In this document: positions 9,885-19,600 of the stretch, one piece after another
How the letters are laid out: every line of letters starts with the position of its first letter
Position numbering within the stretch: the stretch's first letter is position 1
From: an archaeon
Lineage (GTDB): Archaea > AGJL01 > Methanococci > Methanococcales > Methanocaldococcaceae
Direction: 5' to 3'
DNA: 55,873 nucleotides
NCBI GenBank assembly: GCA_024278985.1
Contig: JAJRSC010000017.1
Location: 1-55,873 of the forward strand
Position numbers and translations under genes: made by a program
The notes under the pieces: model-generated
Databases searched by the model: none
Seen by the model: only the letters and a program-made list of their open reading frames with translations
Told to the model about the DNA's origin: nothing

Positions 9885-10571
9885 ATGAAAAAATTCTTAT
9901 TCTTAATTTTTTTTCTTTTTCTTTTAACATCTTATGCTCAGGAAATATATATTGTTCCTGAGAAACCATATCTTAATCAGTCTGTTTATGTAATTTTTGA
10001 ATATTATACTGATAAGCCACTTCAAAATTTTAATTTAACAGTTTCTTCAGATGGAGGAGTAAAGTTTTATAATTCCTCAGTATATTATGCGGGAATAGCA
10101 GAAAATGCCCAGATTTTAAAAATATTTAAAGGAAAAGCAGTAGATTGGGGAAAACATTATATATATATTGATTTATCATATGAAACAGAAGGAGTAACTA
10201 TTAAAAAGAGAGAAGTTAAAGAGATTTATATTCTAAAACCAGAAGTAATTACCAAAGTAATAACTAAAACTGTCTATATATATGTAAATCAAACTAACAA
10301 AACTGAAAATACAAGTGAAAATTTAAGCTCCACAAATACATTTAAAAATAACACTCAAAATATAAATAATACTCAGAATATTGTAGATTTAACTAATTCT
10401 GTTAATATATCTATTAATATAGAAAAAAATACTACTACTAATAACAACACAACGGTAACCATAGGGAATACTCAAGAAAATAAAATTATATATGCAATTC
10501 TTTACTCAATTTTTGGACTCTTATTAGGAGTTGGGTTTGGATATGCAATAATATATTTAGCAAAAATCTAA
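9885..10571 (+). CDS. exported membrane-anchored protein
   Basis: Signal peptide, beta-rich Ig-like segment, N/T-rich linker with several N-x-S/T sequons, C-terminal TM helix. Confidence 0.7.
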   Translation: MKKFLFLIFFLFLLTSYAQEIYIVPEKPYLNQSVYVIFEYYTDKPLQNFNLTVSSDGGVKFYNSSVYYAGIAENAQILKIFKGKAVDWGKHYIYIDLSYETEGVTIKKREVKEIYILKPEVITKVITKTVYIYVNQTNKTENTSENLSSTNTFKNNTQNINNTQNIVDLTNSVNISINIEKNTTTNNNTTVTIGNTQENKIIYAILYSIFGLLLGVGFGYAIIYLAKI

Positions 10572-10690
10572 AAATAATATTATTTTTAGTAAAGTTTTAA
10601 TATTATGTTATATTAATTTTAGAGGAAACTTAATAATAAATTCTACTTTTTTAATTATGGAGTTTTATTATTTTAAGAGAGGGGATTTTT

Positions 10691-12517
10691 ATGGCTAAAA
10701 AAAAGAAACAAAATATTCCAAAACTTAGATGTCCTATAATTAGTGTTTTAGGGCATGTTGACCATGGAAAAACATCATTACTTGACAAAATTAGAGAAAC
10801 AAGAGTAGCCAAAAGAGAAGCTGGAGGAATGACTCAACATATTGGAGCAAGTGAAATTCCTATAGATGTTATTAAAAAGGTTTGTGGAGATTTATTAAAA
10901 ATGTTAAAAGCTGATTTAAAGATTCCAGGAATTTTAATGATAGATACTCCAGGACATGAGGCATTTACATCATTAAGAAGAAGAGGAGGAGCATTAGCAG
11001 ATTTGGCCATATTGGTAGTAGATATAAATGAGGGTTTTATGCCACAAACATATGAAGCATTAAATATATTAAAACAAACTAAAACACCATTTGTTGTAGC
11101 AGCTAATAAAATAGACCTCATTCCAGGATGGAACTCAAAAGAAGGACCATTTATATTAAACTTTAATGAGAAGGTTCAACATCCTAATGCATTAACTGAG
11201 TTTGAAATAAGACTGTATGAAAATATAATAAAACCATTAAATGAGCAGGGATTTGAAGCTGATTTATATAGTAGAGTTAAAGATGTTGCAAGAACTGTAT
11301 CTATAATTCCAGTATCTGCTAAGACTGGAGAAGGAATTCCTGACTTATTAATGATGGTTGCAGGATTAGCTCAGAAATTTTTAGAGGAAAGATTAAAATT
11401 AAATGTTGAAGGTTATGCAAAGGGGACAATCTTAGAAGTTAAAGAGGAGAAAGGTTTAGGTAAAACAATAGACGCCATAATATATGATGGTATAGCAAGG
11501 AGAGGGGACTATTTAGTTGTAGGTTTGCCAGATAATAAAGTTTTAGTTACAAGAGTAAAAGCTTTATTAAAACCAAAACCATTGGATGAAATGAGAGACC
11601 CAAGAGATAAGTTTAAACCTGTAAATGAAGTTGTTGCTGCAGCAGGAGTAAAGATAGCAGCACCTGATTTAGATAATGTTATTGCTGGATGTCCTATTAG
11701 GATAGTTCCAAAGGATAAGATAGAGGAAGCTAAGGAAGAGGTTATTAAAGAAGTTGAAGAGGCTAAGATAGAAGTAGATGATGAGGGAATAATTATTAAA
11801 GCAGATACTCTTGGCTCTCTTGAGGCTTTAGCCAATGAACTTAGAAAGGCAGGTGTAAAAATAAAGAAGGCTGAAGTTGGAGATATATCTAAAAAGGATA
11901 TTATTGAAGCTGCATCTTACTTGTCAGATAATCCACTAAATGCTGTTATTATTGGATTTAATGTAAAACTTCTTCCTGATGCTGAGAAAGAGTTGGAAAA
12001 ATATAAAGGAGTAAAAATATTCTTAAATAATATAATTTATAAATTAGTTGAAGACTTTACTGAGTGGATTGAAAAGGAAAAGGAAAGAATGGAAAGAGAG
12101 AAATTTGAAAAATTAATAAAACCAGCAACTTTAAGAATCCTTCCAGATTGTATATTTAGACAAAAAAATCCTGCAATTTGTGGAGTTGAAGTAATTGAAG
12201 GTACTTTAAGGGTAGGAGCTCCATTAATGAGAGAGGATGGTATGGAGTTGGGATATGTAAAAGAGATTAAATATAGAGGAGAAAATGTAAAAGAGGCAAA
12301 AGTTGGCCAGGAAGTTTCTATTTCAATAGATGGAAGATGTACATTAAAGAGACATGTAGATGAAAGAGATTATCTTTATGTAAAAGTGCCTGAGGAGCAT
12401 GTTAGAAAATTATATCATGAATATATTAATAAATTAAGACCAGATGAAAAAGAGGCCCTCCTCAATTACATAGAATTAATGAAAAAAATAACTGGGAATA
12501 TATTCTGGGGAAGATAA
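10691..12517 (+). CDS. infB: translation initiation factor aIF5B (IF-2), intein-free
   Basis: LGHVDHGKT, TQHIGA, DTPGHEAF, NKID, KADTLGSLEAL. Confidence 0.96.
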   Translation: MAKKKKQNIPKLRCPIISVLGHVDHGKTSLLDKIRETRVAKREAGGMTQHIGASEIPIDVIKKVCGDLLKMLKADLKIPGILMIDTPGHEAFTSLRRRGGALADLAILVVDINEGFMPQTYEALNILKQTKTPFVVAANKIDLIPGWNSKEGPFILNFNEKVQHPNALTEFEIRLYENIIKPLNEQGFEADLYSRVKDVARTVSIIPVSAKTGEGIPDLLMMVAGLAQKFLEERLKLNVEGYAKGTILEVKEEKGLGKTIDAIIYDGIARRGDYLVVGLPDNKVLVTRVKALLKPKPLDEMRDPRDKFKPVNEVVAAAGVKIAAPDLDNVIAGCPIRIVPKDKIEEAKEEVIKEVEEAKIEVDDEGIIIKADTLGSLEALANELRKAGVKIKKAEVGDISKKDIIEAASYLSDNPLNAVIIGFNVKLLPDAEKELEKYKGVKIFLNNIIYKLVEDFTEWIEKEKERMEREKFEKLIKPATLRILPDCIFRQKNPAICGVEVIEGTLRVGAPLMREDGMELGYVKEIKYRGENVKEAKVGQEVSISIDGRCTLKRHVDERDYLYVKVPEEHVRKLYHEYINKLRPDEKEALLNYIELMKKITGNIFWGR

Positions 12518-12519
12518 AT

Positions 12520-13146
12520 ATGAAAAGAATTATTGCTACAAAAGTAAGTGGAGATGATGAACTTTTAGAGTTATGTAAAGTGTTGGAAAAGGTAGGTTTA
12601 GATTGTATTGTAAAATCAAAAAATAAGAATGTAAGAGTGTATGTATTTGGATATGATAAAGAGTCATTAATTGAAAATTATAGAACTGTTAGGACTATCA
12701 TGGAGAAGATTAAAAGAAAATACAACAAAGATAAAGAAGGTCTTTATAAATATTATTTATCTGAGTTGAAATATCCTGTAAATAAGGAGTTAGTTATAGA
12801 CACTTTAAAAGCTTTAAATTATAGAGTTATTTATGATGAAGATGAAAATGCTATAAGAACAGATATTCCTTTAAATGAATTTAACAAAACCTTAGAGAAC
12901 TTACATAATATAATGAGTGAATTAAGATTCTCACCACTTGGTTCTAAGCCAGTTAAAAATTTAGTTGTATTGGTTTCATACATTAAAAATAAACCTGTTG
13001 ATGAAGTTATAGAAGAAGCTTTAAAAAAAGGATTTTTAAGAGAAGAAGAAAATGGAAAAATAGTATTAAATAAAGATATTAATTTAGCAAAAAAATGTTT
13101 ATTGGAGGGAGAAGATGGAGATAAAAATATTGGAGAGAAAAAATAA
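12520..13146 (+). CDS. conserved archaeal protein (DUF2067-like) upstream of rpoL
   Basis: Full-length ORF with genome-typical composition, coupled between infB and rpoL. Confidence 0.55.
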   Translation: MKRIIATKVSGDDELLELCKVLEKVGLDCIVKSKNKNVRVYVFGYDKESLIENYRTVRTIMEKIKRKYNKDKEGLYKYYLSELKYPVNKELVIDTLKALNYRVIYDEDENAIRTDIPLNEFNKTLENLHNIMSELRFSPLGSKPVKNLVVLVSYIKNKPVDEVIEEALKKGFLREEENGKIVLNKDINLAKKCLLEGEDGDKNIGEKK

Positions 13147-13423
13147 TTTATTAGAGATTGAATTAGTTGGAGAAGACCATTCCTTACCAAATCTATTAAA
13201 AGATATTCTTTTAACAAAAAAAGGAGTAAAAATGGCATCTTATTCTATAGACCATCCTTTACTACACCCTGAAACTGGAAGATATATAAGTAATCCAAAG
13301 ATGACAATTATAACAGATGATAATATTGACCCTGTAGAGGTTTTAAAAGAGGCTTTAAAAGATGTTATTAAAATGTGTGATACAGCATTAAAAGAACTTG
13401 AAGAGCAAAAAAAGGAGCTATAA
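13115..13423 (+). CDS. rpoL: RNA polymerase subunit L (Rpo11)
   Basis: GEDHSLPNLL, ASYSIDHPL. Confidence 0.92.
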   Translation: MEIKILERKNNLLEIELVGEDHSLPNLLKDILLTKKGVKMASYSIDHPLLHPETGRYISNPKMTIITDDNIDPVEVLKEALKDVIKMCDTALKELEEQKKEL

Positions 13424-14221
13424 ATGAAAGAATATTTTCAATTAATTAGAATTAAAAATTGTATAATGGCAGGTCTTGCTGGAGTTGTTGGGTATTTAAT
13501 AGCTAACAATACTTTAGGATTTAATATAATATATGTGTTTTTGGTTATATTCTTCATATGTGGATTTGGAAATATTATCAATGATATTTTTGATATAGAA
13601 ATTGACAAAATTAATAAACCAAATAGACCATTGCCATCAGGAAAAATAAAAATTAAAGAAGCTAAGATATTGGCAATTATCTTTTTATTGTTAGGATTAG
13701 TAATTTCTTTATTAATTAACATATATGCCTTTTTATTAGCAATAATAAACTCTCTCCTTTTATATCTATATGCTAAGAAATTTAAGAAGTATAAGCCAGT
13801 TGGGAATATTATTGTTAGTTATTTAACTGGTTCAGTTTTTTTATTTGGTGGATTAACTGGGAAAATAGAAAGAGTAATAATATTATTCTTATGTGCATTT
13901 TTAGCTACATGGTGTAGGGAGATAGTAAAAGATTATGAAGACATAGAAGGAGACAAAAAAAACAATGTTATAACATTACCTATATTATTTAAAGAAAAAT
14001 CTTTATATTTTGCATCTTTTTTGTTATTTTTAGCTATATTATTAAGTTTTTTACCCTATATCTGTGGAATTTTTAGATTAAAATATTTAATAACAATTAT
14101 AATATGTGATGTATTTTTTATATATGTGATAATAATATTACTTAAAGATAAAGATGTAAAAAGAGTTTCAAATATCTTAAAGCTGGTTATGTTTTTGGTT
14201 TTATTAGCATTTTTATGGTGA
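13424..14221 (+). CDS. digeranylgeranylglyceryl phosphate synthase (UbiA family)
   Basis: NDIFDIEIDKINKPNRPLPSG, REIVKDYEDIEGD, multiple TM helices. Confidence 0.85.
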   Translation: MKEYFQLIRIKNCIMAGLAGVVGYLIANNTLGFNIIYVFLVIFFICGFGNIINDIFDIEIDKINKPNRPLPSGKIKIKEAKILAIIFLLLGLVISLLINIYAFLLAIINSLLLYLYAKKFKKYKPVGNIIVSYLTGSVFLFGGLTGKIERVIILFLCAFLATWCREIVKDYEDIEGDKKNNVITLPILFKEKSLYFASFLLFLAILLSFLPYICGIFRLKYLITIIICDVFFIYVIIILLKDKDVKRVSNILKLVMFLVLLAFLW

Positions 14222-14229
14222 TGGTAATT

Positions 14230-14592
14230 ATGTTTCCTGGAAGAATGAACCCAAAGATGTTAAAGAGAATGCAGAAGATGATGAAAGATATGGGAATGGA
14301 TGCTAAGGATTTAGATGTTGAGAGAGTTATCTTTATATTTAAAAATAATGAAGAGTGGATTTTTGAAAATCCAAAAGTCCAAGTTATGGATGTTTTAGGA
14401 ATAAAAACATATTCTATAACTGGAAAACCAAAGAAGATAAAAAGAGAGGAAGAAGAAACAAAATTAGAAATTACTGAGGATGATGTTAAAATAGTTGCTG
14501 AACAATGTAATGTATCCGAAGAAGAAGCAAGGAAAGCTTTAGAGGAATGTAATGGAGATATTGCAGAGGCTATACTAAAGCTTTCTCAATAA
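14230..14592 (+). CDS. nac: nascent polypeptide-associated complex protein
   Basis: MFPGRMNPKM..M..MM..MG, NAC barrel, UBA tail ALEECNGDIAEAIL; start set at ATG 14230 behind GGTGA. Confidence 0.9.
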   Translation: MFPGRMNPKMLKRMQKMMKDMGMDAKDLDVERVIFIFKNNEEWIFENPKVQVMDVLGIKTYSITGKPKKIKREEEETKLEITEDDVKIVAEQCNVSEEEARKALEECNGDIAEAILKLSQ

Positions 14593-15033
14593 TTCATAAG
14601 CTTTTTTAAAATCTCCAGTCTTTAACAATGCTTTTTCAACATCTTCCTTTTTAAATCCTTTTTTAGTTAAAATTTCAACAGATTCTTTAAACCACTGACT
14701 ATTTTTTAATATATATTCTGCAAGTTCCATTTTTAACTTCATATATTCCTCAGGAGAAATATTATTAAGTTGAAGTTCATAATCTCTAAATGGACATGGT
14801 TTAGTTATTTTACAACACCAAACTAATGACCCAAAGCATGTATTTCTACCTAAACCTAATTTTGTTTTTTTACCAAATTCTTCTTTTAATTTTATATACT
14901 CTTCAGGTGACATTTTTAAAACTTTTAGTGCATCATGAATAGGACAATATTTTAGAGGGGGACAACAAAAAGCTAAACCTCTTAAATCTCCTCCTCTACA
15001 TATATGTGATGGATAACTCAATTTAATCACCAA
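14575..15033 (-). CDS. methanogenesis marker 9 domain protein (Cys-rich)
   Basis: SHICRGGDLRGLAFCCPP.K.CP and TCFGSLVWCCKITKPCP.RD. Confidence 0.75.
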   Translation of the reverse strand: MVIKLSYPSHICRGGDLRGLAFCCPPLKYCPIHDALKVLKMSPEEYIKLKEEFGKKTKLGLGRNTCFGSLVWCCKITKPCPFRDYELQLNNISPEEYMKLKMELAEYILKNSQWFKESVEILTKKGFKKEDVEKALLKTGDFKKAYELLRKL

Positions 15034-15146
15034 AGACCTCTCTATATTTTTAAAATTTTATTTATAAAGTAAAATCCCTAAAAATATTAAATTAAAAATA
15101 TTAAATTTTTAATAAATAAAAATGACAATTCTTTATAATCTTTAAT

Positions 15147-15770
15147 TTATTCTTTATAATCTTTAAAAATATCAATATCTTTTTTTTGCCAAAGTTCAAA
15201 TTTTGCCCTTTTAACTTTTTGTCTTTCTCCTTCTAAAAATTTATATGTTCTTGCATGAGAAGCTCCTTTTAAAAGCATTTCAACAGCTTCCTTGGCAATA
15301 TAGACATTGTCATGTTCTCCAACAATTGCAACAGTCTTCCCATACACTGATACATTTGTATCTGTTAAATTTTCAATATATCTTCTTGATTTTCCTTCTT
15401 TACCAATAACTCTACCTTTTAATCTTCTAATTGCATTTTCAGAACTTGCATAGTCATCTATATTAATAACTTCTAAAGTATAGTTATCTGATAGTAATTT
15501 TAAAGCAATATCTGGATTAAATCCTCTTCCTATTGCTCTAACAATATCTTTTGCTTTCCAAACAGCTAAAGGTTCCTTTGTTTCATCTGTACTGTAAATA
15601 GTAACAGTTCCATCAGAATCAATCTCTAATTTTACTCCTAATTCTTTTTCAATTGTCTTTTTTATATTCCCTCCTTTCCCTATTAAAACACCAACTCTAT
15701 CCTTAGGAATTTTTAAAATTTCAATATTTTTATTATAATTTACACCACTGAAAACCATAATATTCACCAA
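15147..15770 (-). CDS. KH-domain RNA-processing protein (Dim2/Pno1-like); likely start ATG 15758
   Basis: Two KH GxxG loops (VLIGKGG, RVIGKEG), AIGRGF.P. Confidence 0.85.
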   Translation of the reverse strand: MVNIMVFSGVNYNKNIEILKIPKDRVGVLIGKGGNIKKTIEKELGVKLEIDSDGTVTIYSTDETKEPLAVWKAKDIVRAIGRGFNPDIALKLLSDNYTLEVINIDDYASSENAIRRLKGRVIGKEGKSRRYIENLTDTNVSVYGKTVAIVGEHDNVYIAKEAVEMLLKGASHARTYKFLEGERQKVKRAKFELWQKKDIDIFKDYKE

Positions 15771-15780
15771 AAAATAAAAA

Positions 15781-16125
15781 TTAAATCATTGTCTTTATTT
15801 TTTCTGCAGCTCTTTTTAAAACTATTCTAATCAATCCCAAATTTACTCTTGGTTCTGTTAAAGCAATTAAAATTCCTTCTCCTGCATCTACCATAACTAT
15901 TTTTCCATAATCTCCTTCAATCATTGCCTGAGTAAGATTTCCTATTCCTACCTCTGAGGTAGTCCTCTCTGCAGCTCCATATGCTGCTGAAGCCATTGCT
16001 CCAATAAGTTCAGAATCCATATTTCCCGGGAGTTGAGAAGCAATAACTAATCCATCCTTACTAACAACCATACTGCCATTAATTCCCTCAGTTTTATTAA
16101 TCTCAATTAAAACTCTATCAATCAT
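15781..16125 (-). CDS. Roadblock/LC7 (MglB-like) protein
   Basis: GINGSMVVSKDGLVIAS, IGAMASA, NLGLIR; start set at ATG 16125 behind GAGGT. Confidence 0.85.
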   Translation of the reverse strand: MIDRVLIEINKTEGINGSMVVSKDGLVIASQLPGNMDSELIGAMASAAYGAAERTTSEVGIGNLTQAMIEGDYGKIVMVDAGEGILIALTEPRVNLGLIRIVLKRAAEKIKTMI

Positions 16126-16182
16126 ATTTCTACCTCTTGTTTTATTCAATTTTTATTATAGTTACTTTATATTTTAAAACTT

Positions 16183-16950
16183 TTATATATTATTTTTTAT
16201 TTCATTTATATACTCATCGATTTTTTCGTTTAGTTCATCTACCAAATTAATTGCTTTCTCTATACTTTTAAAATCTCCAGATTCAACAAGTTTTCTAATT
16301 TCTTTTATTTGGCTGTAAATTTCCCTTATTAATTTAATCAAATCTACAACTGTAATACCACTATTTTCAAGAATATCCTCTATTTTTTCAGAGAGATTAC
16401 TAATTTTTTCATTTGCTAATTCTACTCTTTTATCCACTATGTCTATTTTTTCAGAGGTATTTTTAATACTATCATTTACTATATTTAATTTTTCAACAAT
16501 TTCAGATTTAGAGGTTTGGATAATACTGTTTAATTTATCTACTACTTCTTTCAAATCTTGTTTTGGAGCTTCAAGTTTTTCTAACCTTTCAACAACTTTA
16601 TCCAGTAATGTTTTTATATTTGAATAATCTGATTTTTTTAGATAATCAAGAATCATATCTAATTTTTTGTTAATTTGCTGAATATCTTCTTTTATATATA
16701 TTGAGGTATTTTCATTTTTAGCTTTAATTTCAGCTATTTTATTACATAAATTATCAATTTTGTTAGTTTTTTCATTATTATTTTCTTTATTATTATCCTT
16801 ATTTTCCTCTTTTTTTATTTCCTCATCTTTTTTTATTTCATTTTCTTCTTTTCCATTTTCTTTAGATGTTTGATTTTTTAGTGTCTCTAAAAGTTTAGAT
16901 GTTAATGACTCCAATTTTTTAGCCTTGTCACTTAAATTATTTGCACTCAT
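16183..16950 (-). CDS. hypothetical coiled-coil protein
   Basis: 255 aa, K/E/N-rich heptads, low-complexity linker, GGGTGGGG RBS. Confidence 0.65.
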   Translation of the reverse strand: MSANNLSDKAKKLESLTSKLLETLKNQTSKENGKEENEIKKDEEIKKEENKDNNKENNNEKTNKIDNLCNKIAEIKAKNENTSIYIKEDIQQINKKLDMILDYLKKSDYSNIKTLLDKVVERLEKLEAPKQDLKEVVDKLNSIIQTSKSEIVEKLNIVNDSIKNTSEKIDIVDKRVELANEKISNLSEKIEDILENSGITVVDLIKLIREIYSQIKEIRKLVESGDFKSIEKAINLVDELNEKIDEYINEIKNNI

Positions 16951-17068
16951 ACTACAACCCCACCCTTTCCCAATACATTATAATCTATTTTTAATAACAA
17001 TTATATTATTTACTTTAAACTATAATTTTTTACTTTTTATTTTATAAATTTAAATATATGGTGAGAGA

Positions 17069-17620
17069 TTGTTAGATTTATCACACTTTCTTATAAACTT
17101 TTCCTATCCAGGAGATTATGGTTTAAAAATTGATGAAGAAATTGATGAATATATAACCTCAAAAATATGTTTTTCTACCCATTTATCAACTCATATAGAT
17201 TATCCTAAACATGTTCATCTTAAAAATAATAATATTGATGGAGAAATTATTAAAGGTTTAGGATATTGTGTAGAGCTAAAAAACTTAAATAATATTCCTG
17301 AGGATGTTGAGATTCTCCTTATATATACAGGATACTCTAAATATTGGGGAAAAAAGGAATATTTCAAATTTTGTCCTAAAATTGACATAACAAAACTTAT
17401 AAACAAAAATATAAAATGTGTAGGAATTGATGCCTGTACTATTGGAGATTTTGAAGAGCATTATCTTTTATTATCAAACAATATATTAATAATTGAAAAT
17501 TTAAACTCTAATTTAAAGAAATTAATTAATAAAAGATTTCATTTTTTAGGTGTTCCTTTAAAAATTAAAGATGTCGATGCTTCTCCAATAAGATGCTTAG
17601 TTATTAAAATTTATGGTTAG
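17069..17620 (+). CDS. cyclase/kynurenine formamidase family metal hydrolase
   Basis: YPGD, HLSTHID.P.H, LIYTG, VGID, IIENL, D.DASPIR. Confidence 0.85.
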   Translation: MLDLSHFLINFSYPGDYGLKIDEEIDEYITSKICFSTHLSTHIDYPKHVHLKNNNIDGEIIKGLGYCVELKNLNNIPEDVEILLIYTGYSKYWGKKEYFKFCPKIDITKLINKNIKCVGIDACTIGDFEEHYLLLSNNILIIENLNSNLKKLINKRFHFLGVPLKIKDVDASPIRCLVIKIYG

Positions 17621-17662
17621 TCATATAATATTTTTTAATAGTTATTAATATTTGAAACAAAT

Positions 17663-17690
17663 CGAAAAATATATTATACAGATTATACAG
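17663..17690 (+). promoter_or_regulatory. hmd promoter (BRE/TATA-like) with a 9-bp tandem repeat
   Basis: CGAAAAA followed by TATATTAT; ATTATACAG twice at 17673-17690. Confidence 0.45.
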
Positions 17691-17734
17691 TAAAAATAAA
17701 TAAATAATATAGAAAATTCTAAGGTGAGCTAAAT

Positions 17735-18769
17735 ATGAAATTGGCAGTTTTAGGAATTGGATGTTACAGAACCCATGTAGCTGCAGGAATAACTAACTTT
17801 ATGAGAGCATGTCAAGTTGCTAAAGAAGTAAATAAACCAGAAATAGCTTTAACCCACTCATCTATAACAATGGCTGCAGAATTAAAATATTTAACTGATG
17901 CATTTGATAAAGTTGTAGTTTCAGACCCATGTTTTAAAGAAAATCCTGGATTGGTAATTATTGATGAATTTTCTCCAGAAGAAGTTATGGAAGCTCATTT
18001 AAATGGAAATCCTGAAAGTATTATGCCAAAAATTAGAGAAGTAGTTAAAGCTAAAGCTAAAGAATTACCAAAACCACCAAAAGCTTGTATTCATTTTGTC
18101 CATCCAGAAGATTTAGGTTTTGAAATAGCAGAAAATGATAAAGAAGCAGTTGAAGATGCAGATGTTATATTAACATGGCTACCAAAAGGTAAAAAACAAC
18201 CAGATATTATTAAAAACTTTGTTGATGCAATTCCAGAAGGGGCGATAATAACTCATGCATGTACAATTCCAACAGTTAAATTTGCCAAAATATTAAAAGA
18301 AGACTTTGGTAGAAAAGATTTAAATGTAACTTCTTACCACCCAGGATGTGTTCCTGAAATGAAAGGACAAGTTTATATTGCTGAAGGATATGCTACAGAA
18401 GAAGCATTAAATAAACTTTATGAATTAGCTAAAAAAGCAAGAGGAAATGCTTATAAACTACCTGCTGATTTAATAAGCCCTGTTTGTGATATGGGTTCAG
18501 CAGTTACTGCTGTTGTTTATGCTGGTTTATTAGCCTATAGAGATGCTGTAACTAAAATATTAGGAGCTCCAGCTGATTTTGCTCAAATGATGGCTGAAGA
18601 ATCCTTAGAGAAATTATTAAAACTAATGAAGAGTAAAGGAATCTCCAATATGGAAGAAGTTTTAAATCCAGCTGCTTTATTAGGAACTGCTGACAGTATG
18701 TGCTTCGGACCATTAGAAGATATATTACCAACAGCTTTAAAAGTTTTAGAAAAATATAAAAAGGAATAA
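17735..18769 (+). CDS. hmd: H2-forming methylene-H4MPT dehydrogenase ([Fe]-hydrogenase)
   Basis: GCYRTH..AGITNF.RAC, PKPPKACIHF.HPED, TWLPKG, THACTIP (Fe-ligand Cys), SYHPG.VPE, VCDMGS. Confidence 0.95.
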   Translation: MKLAVLGIGCYRTHVAAGITNFMRACQVAKEVNKPEIALTHSSITMAAELKYLTDAFDKVVVSDPCFKENPGLVIIDEFSPEEVMEAHLNGNPESIMPKIREVVKAKAKELPKPPKACIHFVHPEDLGFEIAENDKEAVEDADVILTWLPKGKKQPDIIKNFVDAIPEGAIITHACTIPTVKFAKILKEDFGRKDLNVTSYHPGCVPEMKGQVYIAEGYATEEALNKLYELAKKARGNAYKLPADLISPVCDMGSAVTAVVYAGLLAYRDAVTKILGAPADFAQMMAEESLEKLLKLMKSKGISNMEEVLNPAALLGTADSMCFGPLEDILPTALKVLEKYKKE

Positions 18770-18818
18770 ATATATAAATATTCTTTAAACTATTTTTCTC
18801 AATTTTTATAATTTTTTA

Positions 18819-18831
18819 GAAAATTATATAT
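18819..18831 (+). promoter_or_regulatory. BRE/TATA of the rpl1 operon
   Basis: GAAAA-TTATATAT about 76 nt upstream of rpl1; GGAGG RBS. Confidence 0.5.
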
Positions 18832-18907
18832 ATTTGAAAGCTATTTTTATAGGATTTATAATTTTATTGTCTCTATTTTTGAAACACTTAAAGTAGGAGG
18901 AGAAAGT

Positions 18908-19567
18908 ATGGACAGAGAAGCAATATTAAAAGCAGTGAAGGAGGCTCGCCAAAAGGCGAAGCCGAGAAACTTCACACAATCATTTGAATTTATTGCTACA
19001 TTAAAAGAAATAGACATGAAAAAACCAGAAAATAGAATTAAGGCAGAAGTTGTTCTTCCTCATGGTAGAGGAAAACCTGCAAGAATAGCGGTAGTTGGTA
19101 CAGGAGATTTAATAAAACAGGCAGAAGAATTAGGATTAACTGCAATAAGAAAAGAACAAATTGAAGAATTAGGTAAAAATAAAAGAGAATTAAGAAAATT
19201 AGCTAAAAATCATGATTTCTTCATTGCCCAGGCAGATTTAATGCCATTAATTGGTAGATACTGGGGGGTTATATTAGGGCCAAGAGGTAAGATGCCTAAA
19301 CCAGTTCCAGCAAATGCAAATATAAAACCATTAGTTGAAAGATTAAAAAAGACAGTTGTTATAAATACAAGAGACAAACCATATTTCCAAGTTTTAGTTG
19401 GAAATGAGAAAATGACTGATGAGCAAATTGTTGATAATATAGAAGCAGTATTAAATGTTGTTGCACAAAAATATGAAAAAGGACTCTATCATATTAAAGA
19501 TGCTTATGTAAAATTAACAATGGGTCCTGCTGTTAAAATTGAAAAAGAAACTAAAAAGAAAAAATAA
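18908..19567 (+). CDS. rpl1: 50S ribosomal protein L1
   Basis: [30 protein letters not shown]. Confidence 0.97.
   Translation: MDREAILKAVKEARQKAKPRNFTQSFEFIATLKEIDMKKPENRIKAEVVLPHGRGKPARIAVVGTGDLIKQAEELGLTAIRKEQIEELGKNKRELRKLAKNHDFFIAQADLMPLIGRYWGVILGPRGKMPKPVPANANIKPLVERLKKTVVINTRDKPYFQVLVGNEKMTDEQIVDNIEAVLNVVAQKYEKGLYHIKDAYVKLTMGPAVKIEKETKKKK
18935..18975 (+). promoter_or_regulatory. L1-binding autoregulatory mRNA element inside rpl1
   Basis: GTGAAG-GA-GGCT-CGCC-AAAA-GGCG-A-AGCC-GAGAAA-CTTCAC: nested stems around an asymmetric purine loop. GC-rich island at the known position in the Methanococcales rpl1 coding region. Confidence 0.85.
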
Positions 19568-19600
19568 ACAATAATAAATAAATTTTAAAAGGTTGAGAAT

